Assembly: GCA_043732605.1 (NCBI GenBank)
Contig: JAYTHL010000175.1
Location: 1 to 40,167 of the forward strand
DNA: 40,167 bases
Direction of reading: 5' to 3'
Source: Rhizobacter sp.
GTDB lineage: Bacteria > Pseudomonadota > Gammaproteobacteria > Burkholderiales > Burkholderiaceae_C
Shown here: positions 22,298 through 33,947 of the stretch, piece after piece
Position numbering within the stretch: the stretch's first letter is position 1
How the letters are laid out: every line of letters starts with the position of its first letter
Translations under genes and position numbers: made by a program
Notes under the pieces: generated by a model
The model's input: the letters and a program-made list of their open reading frames with translations, nothing else
The model's database searches: none
Told to the model about the DNA's origin: nothing

Positions 22298-23530
22298 TCA
22301 GTAGCTGAGGCCCATCGCGTCGCGCACCTCGCGCATCGTCTCGCGCGCCACCGTGCGCGCCCGCTCGGTGCCGACTTCGACGATCCAGTGCACCTGCTTC
22401 GGATTGGCGAGATAGGTCTCGGCACGCTCGCGCCAGGGCGCCTGCTCGCGGATGATCGCGTCGATCACCGGCTGCTTGCAGTCGAGGCAGCCGATCGCCG
22501 CGGTCGTGCAGCCGTGCACGACCCAGGCCTTCGTCTCGTCGTTCGAGTAAACCTGGTGGAACTGCCACACCGGGCACTTCTCCGGATCGCCCGGATCGTT
22601 GCGATGGACGCGCGCCGGGTCGGTCGGCATCTTGCGGATCTTCTTCGTCACCTCGGCCGGCTCCTCGCGCATCGCGATGGCGTTGCCGTAGCTTTTGCTC
22701 ATCTTCGTGCCGTCGAGCCCGATCAGCTTCGAGGTCTGGGTCAGCAGCACGTCGGGCTCGACCAGGATCGTCTTGCCGGTGCCGCGCAGATGACCGTCGA
22801 GCCGCTCGCGGTCGCCGCTCGAGAGCGATCCGCTCGCGGCGACGATCGAGCGGCCGAGCTCGAGCACGGCGGGGTCGCCGCCTTCGCGGTAGGCATGGCG
22901 CGCGGCCTCGAAGGCCTTCGCCTTGTCCTTGCCCATCTTCTTCACGGCAGCCTTCACGAGCTCGTCGAAATCGGGCTCACGGCCATAGAGATGGTTGAAG
23001 CGGCGCGCGACCTCGCGCGTGATCTCGACGTGCGGCGCCTGGTCGATGCCGACCGGCACGAACGCGGCCTTGTAGATCAGGATGTCGGCGGCCTGCAGCA
23101 GCGGGTAGCCGAGGAAGCCGTAGGTCGCGAGGTCGCGGTCCTTCAGCCGCTCCATCTGGTCCTTGTAGGTCGGCATGCGCTCGAGCCAGCCGAGCGGCGT
23201 GCCCATCGCGAGCAGCGTGAAGAGCTCCGCGTGCTCCGGCAGGCGGCTCTGGATGAAGAGCGTGACCTTGTCGGGATCGATGCCGGCGGCGAGCCAGTCG
23301 GTGACCATCTCGTAGACCGAGGTCTCGATCACCTCGCGCTCTTCGTAGTGCGTCGTCAGCGCGTGCCAGTCGGCGGCGAAGAAGAAGCACTCGTACTCGT
23401 CCTGCAGGCGCACCCAGTTCTTGAGCGCACCGTGCCAGTGGCCGAGGTGCATCGCGCCGGTCGGGCGCATGCCCGAGAGGACGCGGTGGCGCGCGCTGGT
23501 GTCGCTCGTCGAGACGGGTTGATCGCTCAT
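22298..23530 (-). CDS. trpS: Tryptophan--tRNA ligase
   Basis: SGMRPTG, HLGH, ADWHALT, YPLLQAADIL, VPVGIDQ, KMSKS. Confidence 0.96.
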   Translation of the reverse strand: MSDQPVSTSDTSARHRVLSGMRPTGAMHLGHWHGALKNWVRLQDEYECFFFAADWHALTTHYEEREVIETSVYEMVTDWLAAGIDPDKVTLFIQSRLPEHAELFTLLAMGTPLGWLERMPTYKDQMERLKDRDLATYGFLGYPLLQAADILIYKAAFVPVGIDQAPHVEITREVARRFNHLYGREPDFDELVKAAVKKMGKDKAKAFEAARHAYREGGDPAVLELGRSIVAASGSLSSGDRERLDGHLRGTGKTILVEPDVLLTQTSKLIGLDGTKMSKSYGNAIAMREEPAEVTKKIRKMPTDPARVHRNDPGDPEKCPVWQFHQVYSNDETKAWVVHGCTTAAIGCLDCKQPVIDAIIREQAPWRERAETYLANPKQVHWIVEVGTERARTVARETMREVRDAMGLSY

Positions 23531-23556
23531 CTGGAGGGTTCGGCCAAAAGGCGTCG

Positions 23557-23590
23557 ATTGTAGGTTTCGCTCGAGGCCGGCCGATACACT
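23557..23590. promoter_or_regulatory. Back-to-back sigma70 -10 elements for trpS and purN
   Basis: TACAAT on the minus strand (23562-23557) and TACACT on the plus strand (23585-23590). Confidence 0.5.
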
Positions 23591-23601
23591 CGTCGCCGCC
23601 G

Positions 23602-24249
23602 ATGAAGCAGATCGTCATCCTTCTCTCCGGGCGCGGCTCGAACATGGAAGCGATCGTGCGCGCCTGCGCGAGCGAGCGCTGGAACGCGCGCATCGCCGCC
23701 GTGATCAGCAACCGCGCCGATGCCGCCGGGCTCACGTTCGCGAAGGACCGCGGCATCGCCACGGCCGTCGTCGACCACCGCGCCTTCGCCGCGCGCGCCG
23801 ACTTTGACGCCGTGCTCGCCGCCGAGATCGACGCGCGCGCGCCCGACGCCGTCGCGCTCGCCGGCTTCATGCGCATCCTCGGGCCTGCGTTCGTGCAGCG
23901 CTTCGCCGGGCGGCTGATCAACATCCACCCATCGCTGCTGCCGGTGTTTCCGGGGCTGCACACGCACCGGCGCGCGATCGAGGCGGGATGCAAGGTCGCG
24001 GGCGCGAGCGTCCATTTCGTGACGGCCGACCTCGACCACGGCCCGATCGTCGCGCAGGCGATCGTGCCGGTGCTGCGCGACGACGACGAGGACACGCTCT
24101 CGGCGCGCGTGCTCGCGCAGGAGCATCGCCTCTATCCCCTCGCGCTGCGCTGGCTCGTCGACGGCAAGCTCGATGTTCGCGACGGCCTCGTCCGGCATCG
24201 CGACGGCACGCCGCAGCTGATCGGCGTCGACGGAGCTCCGCAGGGCTAG
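23602..24249 (+). CDS. purN: Phosphoribosylglycinamide formyltransferase
   Basis: SGRGSNM, LAGFMRIL, NIHPSLLP, SVHFVT..LDHGPI, QEH.LYP. Confidence 0.96.
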   Translation: MKQIVILLSGRGSNMEAIVRACASERWNARIAAVISNRADAAGLTFAKDRGIATAVVDHRAFAARADFDAVLAAEIDARAPDAVALAGFMRILGPAFVQRFAGRLINIHPSLLPVFPGLHTHRRAIEAGCKVAGASVHFVTADLDHGPIVAQAIVPVLRDDDEDTLSARVLAQEHRLYPLALRWLVDGKLDVRDGLVRHRDGTPQLIGVDGAPQG

Positions 24250-24932
24250 TTGGCGAAGAACCCGGCCGCGGCGTTGATCGAGAACGCCAGGATCGTCGTG
24301 TTGAAGACGAACGACAGCACTGACTGGAACAGCACGAGGCGGCGCATCTCGCGCGTCGTGATGCCGACGTCAGAGGTCTGCGCCGTGACGGCGATCGTGA
24401 ACGAGAAGTACAGGAAGTCGGTGTGGTCGGGCTCGAAGGTCTCGCTCGAGCCCGGGAACGTGAGGCCGTTGTCGGGCTCGGCGCCGTAGTACGCGGCGGC
24501 GTAGGTCAGGCCGAAGAGCATCGGCAAGAGCAACCACGAGCCGACGACGGTGACGAACGCGAACAGCAGCGGCGTCAGCATGTGGTTCGGGCCAGCGGCC
24601 TTGGCCGCGATGAGCTCGAAGACGATCGCGACGAGGCTCATCACGGACGCGAGGACGACGATCGACAGCACGATCGGGGCGCTCTCGGCCTGCGCCAGCG
24701 CCAGCGGCTTGATGTGGCCGGAGTCGGCGTGCAGCAGCGTGATCGCGACCCAGACCAGGTACATCCAGCTCAGCACATTCCAGCCGAGAAGAGCGCGCGT
24801 GAGCAGCGACACGTCGGCCGGCCACACCGCGCCGGCGAGCACGCCGACGATCGCGCACACCAGCAGGCGCCGGTGCGCGAGGATGTGGCCGGGAGGCTTG
24901 GCGGGAGGAGAGGCGGGAGTGCTGCGGGTCAC
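24246..24932 (-). CDS. DUF1345 family membrane protein
   Basis: LLGWN...Y, GLTFPG...PDHTDFLYFSFTIAVTAQTSDV, SFVFNTTILA. Start approximate (GTG 24932). Confidence 0.85.
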   Translation of the reverse strand: MTRSTPASPPAKPPGHILAHRRLLVCAIVGVLAGAVWPADVSLLTRALLGWNVLSWMYLVWVAITLLHADSGHIKPLALAQAESAPIVLSIVVLASVMSLVAIVFELIAAKAAGPNHMLTPLLFAFVTVVGSWLLLPMLFGLTYAAAYYGAEPDNGLTFPGSSETFEPDHTDFLYFSFTIAVTAQTSDVGITTREMRRLVLFQSVLSFVFNTTILAFSINAAAGFFAN

Positions 24933-24993
24933 GGAGTCGCTCGATGACGCCACCAAAAAGGCCAGCGCGAGCCCCGCAAGGATAATCGCGCCG

Positions 24994-26262
24994 ATGCACC
25001 CGACCGCCCTGCTCGAGGCCGACACCGAGCTCGTGCACCGCGTGCTGCGCTTGGAGCATCCGGCCGACCGCATCGTCGCCGACTTCTTCCGCGAGCAGCA
25101 CGCGCTCGGCGCGCGCGACCGCAAGACGCTCGCCGACGGCGCATACGAGTTGATGCGCCGGCTCCCGTACTACCGCCATCTCGCGAGCTCCGCCAACGGC
25201 GGCAAGGGCGAGATCGAGCGGCGCCTGGCGATCCTTTCTTGGCAGGGCAACGAGGGCGTCCTGCGTGCCGCCCTCGACGAGCGCGAGCGCGAATGGGCCG
25301 AGCGCTGCAGCGCCTTCGATCGCGATGCGTTGCCGGCGCGCCTGCGCCACAACCTGCCCGAGTGGCTCGCCGAGCCGCTCGAAGCCCGCCTCGGCGACGA
25401 GTTCTGGGTCTGGGTCGCCGCCAGCGAGCTGCCGGCACCGCTCGACCTGCGCGTCAACGCGCTGAAGGCCGATCGCGACGGTGTCCTGGCGCAGCTCGAG
25501 GTCGCGGGCATCGTCGCGACCGCGACGCCGTACTCGCCGCTCGGCATCCGCGTCGAGGGCAAGCCCGCGCTGCACAAGCTCGCGCTGTTCGAGCAAGGCC
25601 TCGTCGAGATCCAGGATGAAGGCAGCCAGCTGCTCGCGCTCGCGGTCGGCGCGAAGCGCAGCGAGATGGTCGTCGACTTCTGCGCCGGCGCCGGCGGCAA
25701 GACGCTCGCGCTCGGTGCGCAGATGAGGAACACGGGACGCCTCTATGCCTTCGACATCTCCGGCCATCGGCTCGCGGCGCTCGGGCCTCGGCTGCAGCGC
25801 AGCGGGCTCGGCAACGTCCACCCGGCGCAGATCGCGCACGAGCGCGACGAGCGCGTCAAGCGCCTGGCGGGCAAGGTCGATCGTGTCCTCGTCGATGCGC
25901 CGTGCACGGGCTCGGGGACGCTGCGCCGCCATCCCGACCTGAAGTGGCGGCAGTCGCCCGAGACGCTCGCCGCGCTCGCGCCGCAGCAGCGCGACATCCT
26001 CGCCGCGGCGTCGACGCTGGTGAAGCCCGGCGGTCGGCTGGTCTACGCGACCTGCAGCGTGCTCGATGCGGAGAACGAAGAGGTGGCGTGCGCGTTCGAT
26101 GCAGCGCACGGCGACCGATTCGTGCGCCTTTCCGCTGGTGAGTGCCTGCAGCGCGCGCAGGTGGCGCAGGTCGAGAGCCTGGTCGACGGCAACGATCTGC
26201 GCCTCTGGACGCACCTTCATCAGACCGACTGCTTCTTCGCGGCGGTCTGGGAAAGACGTTGA
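24994..26262 (+). CDS. RsmB/NOP family SAM-dependent RNA m5C methyltransferase (Sun/Fmu-like)
   Basis: IQDEGSQ, DFCAGAGGKT, DAPCTGSG..RRHPD, YATCS...ENE. Confidence 0.92.
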   Translation: MHPTALLEADTELVHRVLRLEHPADRIVADFFREQHALGARDRKTLADGAYELMRRLPYYRHLASSANGGKGEIERRLAILSWQGNEGVLRAALDEREREWAERCSAFDRDALPARLRHNLPEWLAEPLEARLGDEFWVWVAASELPAPLDLRVNALKADRDGVLAQLEVAGIVATATPYSPLGIRVEGKPALHKLALFEQGLVEIQDEGSQLLALAVGAKRSEMVVDFCAGAGGKTLALGAQMRNTGRLYAFDISGHRLAALGPRLQRSGLGNVHPAQIAHERDERVKRLAGKVDRVLVDAPCTGSGTLRRHPDLKWRQSPETLAALAPQQRDILAAASTLVKPGGRLVYATCSVLDAENEEVACAFDAAHGDRFVRLSAGECLQRAQVAQVESLVDGNDLRLWTHLHQTDCFFAAVWERR

Positions 26263-26383
26263 CATTCGTCGATACGGCACCAGATCACGATTGGAGCCGT
26301 GATTTCCCGTCGCTTTCAAAGGGCATCCGCACGGACCGGTCGAATAGAATCGACGCTCTTCAACGCGAGTGCGAAAGACTTGG

Positions 26384-27604
26384 ATGGAAGTGATCAGCGC
26401 TGTCTTCAATGCCGTGGTCGACTGGCTCGCGCACGGCTTTTCCGGTTTTAACGGCTGGGAGATCGTCGCCTACACGCTGGTCACGACGCACATCACGATC
26501 GCCGCGGTCACCATCTTCCTGCACCGCGCGCAGGCGCACCGCGCGCTCGACCTGCACGGCATTCCGTCCCACTTCTTCCGCTTCTGGCTGTGGCTCGGCT
26601 CGGGCATGGTGACCAAGGAATGGGTCGCCATCCACCGCAAGCACCACGCCAAGTGCGAGACCGTCGACGATCCGCACAGCCCGCAGACGCGCGGCATCAA
26701 GACTGTGCTCCTGCAAGGCAGCGAGCTCTATCGCACCGAAGCCAGGAACCAGGAGACGCTCTCCAAGTACGGTCACGGCACTCCCGACGACTGGCTCGAG
26801 CGCAACCTCTATTCGCGCTACAGCTGGGAAGGCGTCGGCCTGATGCTGATCCTCAACTTGATGCTGTTCGGCGCGATCGGCGCGACGGTCTGGGCGATCC
26901 AGATGGTCTGGATCCCGATCACGGCAGCCGGCATCGTCAATGGCATCGGCCATTTCTGGGGCTACCGCAACTTCGAGGCGTCCGACGCCAGCCGCAACGT
27001 GCTGCCCTGGGGCATCGTGATCGGCGGCGAAGAGTTGCACAACAACCACCACACGTATCCCACGTCGGCCAAGTTGTCGGTCAAGCCGTATGAGTTCGAC
27101 ATCGGCTGGGCCTACATCCGCGGCCTCGAGATGCTCGGCCTGGCGACCGTTCGCAAGACCGCGCCGCAGCTCAAGCTTGGCGCCGTCAAGCCGGTCGCCG
27201 ACGACAAGACGCTCGAGGCGATCATCGCGAACCGTTACGAGGTCATGGCCAACTACGCGCGCAGCTTGCGCCGTGCCAGCCGGGCCGAGGTGCAGCGGCT
27301 GAAGGGCGAGGGCGTCGATACCGATCGCCTCGACGAGATGCGCGTGGCGCGCCGCTGGCTCCATCGCGACGACGACAAGATCCCCCACGCCGTCAAGGCA
27401 CAGGTGGCCGGTGCGCTGGCGTCGAGCCCGTACCTCGCCAAGCTGGTCGCGATGCGTGAAGAGCTCCGGCTCCTCTGGACGCGCACCAATGTCTCGGCCG
27501 AGCAGCTCGTCGTCGACCTGCAAGCGTGGCTGCGCAAGGCCGAAGAGAGCGGCATCGCCGCCCTTCAGGAATTCGCCCTGCGCCTGCGCGCCGCTCACGC
27601 CTAA
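26384..27604 (+). CDS. desA: Membrane acyl-CoA delta-9 fatty acid desaturase
   Basis: His boxes HRAQAH, HRKHH and HNNHH; TAGAAT -10 element at 26345-26350. Confidence 0.9.
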   Translation: MEVISAVFNAVVDWLAHGFSGFNGWEIVAYTLVTTHITIAAVTIFLHRAQAHRALDLHGIPSHFFRFWLWLGSGMVTKEWVAIHRKHHAKCETVDDPHSPQTRGIKTVLLQGSELYRTEARNQETLSKYGHGTPDDWLERNLYSRYSWEGVGLMLILNLMLFGAIGATVWAIQMVWIPITAAGIVNGIGHFWGYRNFEASDASRNVLPWGIVIGGEELHNNHHTYPTSAKLSVKPYEFDIGWAYIRGLEMLGLATVRKTAPQLKLGAVKPVADDKTLEAIIANRYEVMANYARSLRRASRAEVQRLKGEGVDTDRLDEMRVARRWLHRDDDKIPHAVKAQVAGALASSPYLAKLVAMREELRLLWTRTNVSAEQLVVDLQAWLRKAEESGIAALQEFALRLRAAHA

Positions 27605-27625
27605 GCGATACGCCGACGCAAACAA

Positions 27626-27694
27626 AAAGGGTCGCCGCGGCGACCCTTTGCATTTGCCTGAGACAAAACGGGGTCGCGCAGCGACCCCGTTTTG
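27626..27694. terminator. Two tandem, likely bidirectional intrinsic terminator hairpins between convergent desA and rpmG
   Basis: AAAGGGTCGCCGCGGCGACCCTTT (27626-27649) and CAAAACGGGGTCGC-GCA-GCGACCCCGTTTTG (27664-27694), with A/T tracts on both sides. Confidence 0.85.
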
Positions 27695-27713
27695 AATTCA
27701 GCGAAGCGTCCTG

Positions 27714-27881
27714 TTACTTCAGCTTCGTTTCCTTGTAGCTGACGTGCTTGCGCGCCACCGGATCGAATTTCATCATCTCGATCTTCTCCGGCGTCGTCTT
27801 CTTGTTCTTGTCGGTCGTGTAGAAGTGACCGGTCCCGGCGCTCGATTCGAGCTTGATCTTCTCGCGTCCACCCTTGGCCAT
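27714..27881 (-). CDS. rpmG: 50S ribosomal protein L33, zinc-free form (not in the ORF track)
   Basis: [55 protein letters not shown], directly downstream of rpmB. Confidence 0.97.
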   Translation of the reverse strand: MAKGGREKIKLESSAGTGHFYTTDKNKKTTPEKIEMMKFDPVARKHVSYKETKLK

Positions 27882-27905
27882 GACTGATCTCTCTTTCCGA
27901 TGTCT

Positions 27906-28139
27906 TTAAATTTCGCCGCGCGCGCGCAGGTCGGCGACGACCTGCTCGATGCCGACCTTGTCGATCATCCTGAGCCCGGCATTGCTGGTGCGGATCCGCA
28001 CCCAGCGGTTCTCGCCCTCGACCCAGAACCGGCGATAGTGCAGATTGGGCAGGAAGCGGCGCTTCGTTTTGTTGTTGGCGTGGGAGACGTTGTTCCCCAC
28101 CATCGGGCGCTTGCCCGTGACCTGACAGACGCGTGCCAT
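27906..28139 (-). CDS. rpmB: 50S ribosomal protein L28
   Basis: [33 protein letters not shown]; GGAGG RBS. Confidence 0.97.
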   Translation of the reverse strand: MARVCQVTGKRPMVGNNVSHANNKTKRRFLPNLHYRRFWVEGENRWVRIRTSNAGLRMIDKVGIEQVVADLRARGEI

Positions 28140-28200
28140 GACGCTTCCTCCGAAAGTGAAACTGCAGCCCGCGCCGGTAGCGCCGCCTGCAAAGCCCAAA

Positions 28201-28206
28201 ATTATA
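28201..28206 (-). promoter_or_regulatory. Sigma70 -10 element of the rpmBG operon
   Basis: Consensus TATAAT on the minus strand, about 60 nt upstream of rpmB. Confidence 0.7.
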
Positions 28207-28243
28207 GCCCGCGCCTGACAGGAGTCTGCACAGCCACAGAATC

Positions 28244-30146
<1,903 letters not shown>

Positions 30147-30248
30147 TCAACGCTCTTAATGGTGACAATAGCCTCACTCCGTGCGGCGTGAGATGTGCCA
30201 CCGTCGCGCGGCGCTGCGACCGCAACCAGAAAGAGAAAGGCTCCTCCG

Positions 30249-30914
30249 ATGGCGATGCTCTCCAACCTCGATCTCATCCGGCGCGTTCCGCTCTTCTCCC
30301 TGCTGACCAACGACCAGGCACAAGGTATCGCGGACAGCGTCGTCAAGCGGCGCTTCCGGCGTGGCGAGATCGTCGTCGAGCATGGCAAGAAGTCGAACGC
30401 CCTGTTCATCCTGCTCACCGGCAGGGCGCGCGTGCTCACCGCCGACTCTCGCGGCCGAGAAGTCATCCTGGCCGTGCTCCAGTCGGGCGACTACGTCGGC
30501 GAGATGAGCCTGATCGACAATGAGCCGCACTCCGCGACCGTCCGCGCCGAGGTCCAGACCGACATGCTGATCCTTGGCCGCGCCGAGTTCGCGCGCTGCC
30601 TGCCCGAGAACTCGAGCCTGTCGTACGCGATCATGCGCGGCCTCGTCCAGCGTCTGCGTAGCGCCGACAGGCAGATCGAGTCGCTGGCTCTCCTCGACGT
30701 CTACGGCCGGGTCGCGCGCACGCTGCTCGACATGTCGGAGATGGAAGGCGAGGTCAAGATCATCCGCAACAAGGTCTCGCGCCAGGATCTGGCCAAGGTC
30801 GTCGGCGCGTCGCGCGAGATGGTCAGCCGGGTCATGAAGGACCTCGAAGGTCGCGGCATGGTCCAGACCCAAGAGAATGGCTGGGTGATCATCAAGGAAC
30901 AGCTCACGGGCTGA
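30249..30914 (+). CDS. Crp/Fnr family transcriptional regulator
   Basis: cNMP domain GEMSLID..PHSAT; HTH SRQDLAKVVGASREMVSR. Confidence 0.92.
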   Translation: MAMLSNLDLIRRVPLFSLLTNDQAQGIADSVVKRRFRRGEIVVEHGKKSNALFILLTGRARVLTADSRGREVILAVLQSGDYVGEMSLIDNEPHSATVRAEVQTDMLILGRAEFARCLPENSSLSYAIMRGLVQRLRSADRQIESLALLDVYGRVARTLLDMSEMEGEVKIIRNKVSRQDLAKVVGASREMVSRVMKDLEGRGMVQTQENGWVIIKEQLTG

Positions 30915-30970
30915 CCGCCATCGGCCGTCGTCCGGGGCGTTGCGCCGGATGACATCGCCGACAATGCCGG

Positions 30971-33310
30971 ATGACTTTTCCTCTGGGTTCGCTGCGCGCC
31001 GATGGCGCGGACGTGACGCCTGACCAGCGCGATTCGTCGGCTTCTGCTCCCGGCTGGCGCGTCCAGGCGGCGCTGCTCGTCGGCGCCGTCGCCTGGCTCC
31101 TCGCGGTGCTCGCGCTCTCGACTCACAACGCCGGCGATCCCGGCTTCTCGACGTCCGGCAACGCCAGCCAGATCCGCAACGGCGCGGGCGTCTTCGGCGC
31201 CTGGTTCTCGGACTTCGCCTTCTTCGTCGCGGGCTACTCGGTGTGGTGGGCGGTGCTGGTCGGCGCACGGGCCTGGCTCGGCGCACTCGCGCGTTCGCTC
31301 CGCGCGGCCGGCGGCTCGTCCTCGGGCGGCGCGGAGACGGGGCTGCCGGCATGGACCATGGCCATCGGCCTGGTCCTCCTGCTTGCCGCGAGCGCGTCGC
31401 TCGAATGGACGCGCCTCTATCAATGGGAAGCGCAGGTCGCCGGCGGCAACGCGGGCGGCATTCTCGGTCTGGGGCTCGGCAAGCCGAGCCAGAGCCTGCT
31501 CGGCTTCGCCGGTTCGGGCGTGCTCTGGATCGCGGGGCTGGTGGCGGGCCTCTCGCTCGCCTTCCGCTTCTCGTGGCTGCGCGTCGCCGACGCGCTCGGC
31601 ACGGCGATCGAGAAGCTGCGCACGCGCCGCGTCGAGCGAATCGAACGCGCAGAAGATGCGCGCCTCGGCGCCGAGGCGATGCGCGAGCGCGACGAGGTGC
31701 TCGAGGTCGAGCACGAGCTCCAGGAGCAGCACCTGCCGCTGGTGATCGAGCCGACGCTGGTCGACGTGCCGAAGAGCACGCGCGTCGTCAAGGAGCGGCA
31801 GAAGCCGCTCTTCAGCGAGCTCGTCGACACCAAGCTGCCGCAGGTCGACCTGCTCGACTCCGCACCCCAGCGTGTCGAGTCGGTTAGCGCCGATTCGCTC
31901 GAGATTACCTCGCGGCTGATCGAGAAGCGCCTGAAGGATTTCGGCGTCGAGGTCCGTGTCGTCGCCGCGTCGCCGGGCCCGGTGATCACGCGCTACGAGA
32001 TCGAGCCTGCGGTCGGCGTCAAGGGCGCGCAGGTCGTGAGCCTCGCCAAGGATCTGGCGCGGTCGCTCAGCCTCGTCTCGATCCGCGTCGTCGAGACGAT
32101 TCCGGGCAAGACGACGATGGCGCTCGAGCTGCCCAACGCCAAGCGCCAGACGATCCGCCTCTCGGAAGTGCTCGGTTCGCAGGCGTATGCCGACTCGGGC
32201 TCGCAGCTCACCATCGGCCTCGGCAAGGACATCGTCGGCAATCCGATCGTCGCCGACCTGCAGAAGATGCCTCATTGCCTCGTCGCGGGCACGACCGGCG
32301 CCGGCAAGTCGGTGGGCATCAACGCGATGATCCTGTCGCTGCTCTACAAGGCCGAGGCGCGCGACGTGCGCCTGATCCTCATCGATCCGAAGATGCTCGA
32401 GATGAGCGTCTACGAAGGCATCCCGCACCTGCTCTGCCCGGTCGTCACCGACATGAAGCAGGCCGCCAACGCGCTCAATTGGGGTGTGGGCGAGATGGAG
32501 CGGCGCTACAAGCTGATGAGCAAGATGGGCGTGAGGAATCTCGCCAGCTACAACAAGAAGATCGCCGACGCGAAGGAGAAGGGCGACTCGATCGGCAATC
32601 CGTTCAGCCTGACGCCGGAAGCGCCCGAGCCGCTCGAGCGGCTGCCGTTCATCGTCGTCGTCATCGACGAGCTCGCCGACCTGATGATGGTCGTCGGCAA
32701 GAAGATCGAGGAGCTGATCGCGCGGCTCGCGCAGAAGGCACGCGCGTCGGGCGTGCACCTGATCCTCGCGACGCAGCGGCCGAGCGTCGACGTCATCACC
32801 GGCCTGATCAAGGCCAATATCCCGACCCGCCTGTCGTTCCAGGTGTCGAGCAAGATCGACTCGCGCACGATCCTCGACCAGATGGGCGCCGAGGCACTGC
32901 TCGGCATGGGCGACATGCTCTACCTGCCATCGGGCAGCGGCACGCCGATCCGCGTCCACGGCGCCTTCGTGAGCGACGAGGAGGTGCATCGCGTCGTCGC
33001 CTATCTGAAGAGCCAGGGCGAGCCGAACTACATCGAAGGCATCCTCGAAGGCGGCGTGCTCGAGGGCGAAGGTGGCGACGCGATGGGCGATGCCGCCGGC
33101 GCGGGCGGCGAGAGCGATCCGATGTACGACCAGGCGGTGGGCATCGTCCTGCAGCACCGCCGGGCGTCGATCTCGCTGGTCCAGCGCCATTTGCGCATCG
33201 GCTACAACCGTGCCGCGCGATTGCTGGAACAAATGGAGAAATCCGGGCTCGTATCGGGCATGGCGACTAACGGCAACCGCGACATCCTCGTGCCGGCGCG
33301 CGCGCAATGA
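30971..33310 (+). CDS. ftsK: DNA translocase FtsK
   Basis: N-terminal TM domain, [30 protein letters not shown], gamma domain [16 protein letters not shown]. Confidence 0.97.
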   Translation: MTFPLGSLRADGADVTPDQRDSSASAPGWRVQAALLVGAVAWLLAVLALSTHNAGDPGFSTSGNASQIRNGAGVFGAWFSDFAFFVAGYSVWWAVLVGARAWLGALARSLRAAGGSSSGGAETGLPAWTMAIGLVLLLAASASLEWTRLYQWEAQVAGGNAGGILGLGLGKPSQSLLGFAGSGVLWIAGLVAGLSLAFRFSWLRVADALGTAIEKLRTRRVERIERAEDARLGAEAMRERDEVLEVEHELQEQHLPLVIEPTLVDVPKSTRVVKERQKPLFSELVDTKLPQVDLLDSAPQRVESVSADSLEITSRLIEKRLKDFGVEVRVVAASPGPVITRYEIEPAVGVKGAQVVSLAKDLARSLSLVSIRVVETIPGKTTMALELPNAKRQTIRLSEVLGSQAYADSGSQLTIGLGKDIVGNPIVADLQKMPHCLVAGTTGAGKSVGINAMILSLLYKAEARDVRLILIDPKMLEMSVYEGIPHLLCPVVTDMKQAANALNWGVGEMERRYKLMSKMGVRNLASYNKKIADAKEKGDSIGNPFSLTPEAPEPLERLPFIVVVIDELADLMMVVGKKIEELIARLAQKARASGVHLILATQRPSVDVITGLIKANIPTRLSFQVSSKIDSRTILDQMGAEALLGMGDMLYLPSGSGTPIRVHGAFVSDEEVHRVVAYLKSQGEPNYIEGILEGGVLEGEGGDAMGDAAGAGGESDPMYDQAVGIVLQHRRASISLVQRHLRIGYNRAARLLEQMEKSGLVSGMATNGNRDILVPARAQ

Positions 33311-33927
33311 GGCGCCTCGTCGCCGGCGTGGCATTGCTCGCGGCGTTGATGCTCGCAGCGACTGCCGCCCACGCCGATCCGATCGAGACCCTGCGCGGCT
33401 TCGTGCGCGACGTGAAGAGCGGCCGCGCCCAGTTCACGCAGACCGTCACCTCGCTCGATGGCGCGAAGAAGAAGAGCTCGAACGGCAGCTTCGAGTTCTC
33501 GCGCCCGAACCGCTTCCGCTTCGCCTATGGCAAGCCGTTCGAGCAGACCATCGTCGGCGACGGCGAGAAGGTCTGGATCTACGACGCCGACCTGAACCAG
33601 GTGAGCTCGAGGAAGCTCGGCAACGCGCTCGGCGCGACGCCCGCGGCGCTGCTCGCCGGCGGCTCGCTCGACAAGGACTTCGATCTCGCCAACCTGCCGC
33701 CGAATGATGGGCTCGAGTGGGCCGAAGCGAAGCCGAAGATCAAGGACGGCGCGTTCCAGTCGGTGCGTGTCGGCTTCAAGGGCAAGGACCTGGCGGCGAT
33801 CGAGATCCTCGACAGCTTCGGCCAGAAGTCGCTCCTGCGCTTCACCGGGTTCGTCGCCAACGCCGCGGTCGAGGCCGACACGTTCCGCTTCACGCCGCCG
33901 CCGGGCGCCGACGTCATCGAGCAGTGA
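33307..33927 (+). CDS. lolA: Outer membrane lipoprotein chaperone LolA
   Basis: Signal peptide, [37 protein letters not shown]; ATGA overlap with ftsK. Confidence 0.95.
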   Translation: MRRLVAGVALLAALMLAATAAHADPIETLRGFVRDVKSGRAQFTQTVTSLDGAKKKSSNGSFEFSRPNRFRFAYGKPFEQTIVGDGEKVWIYDADLNQVSSRKLGNALGATPAALLAGGSLDKDFDLANLPPNDGLEWAEAKPKIKDGAFQSVRVGFKGKDLAAIEILDSFGQKSLLRFTGFVANAAVEADTFRFTPPPGADVIEQ

Positions 33928-33947
33928 CGATCGGCGGCTGAGCGCCG

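Noticed and set aside
26284-26303. ATCACG-N8-CGTGAT inverted repeat upstream of desA
   Set aside because: The 6-bp arms are short and match no site I can name; too weak without conservation data.
27150-27604. C-terminal helical tail of DesA as a transposase remnant
   Set aside because: It is an in-frame part of proteobacterial DesA proteins that is often mis-annotated. There is no DDE motif and no terminal inverted repeat.
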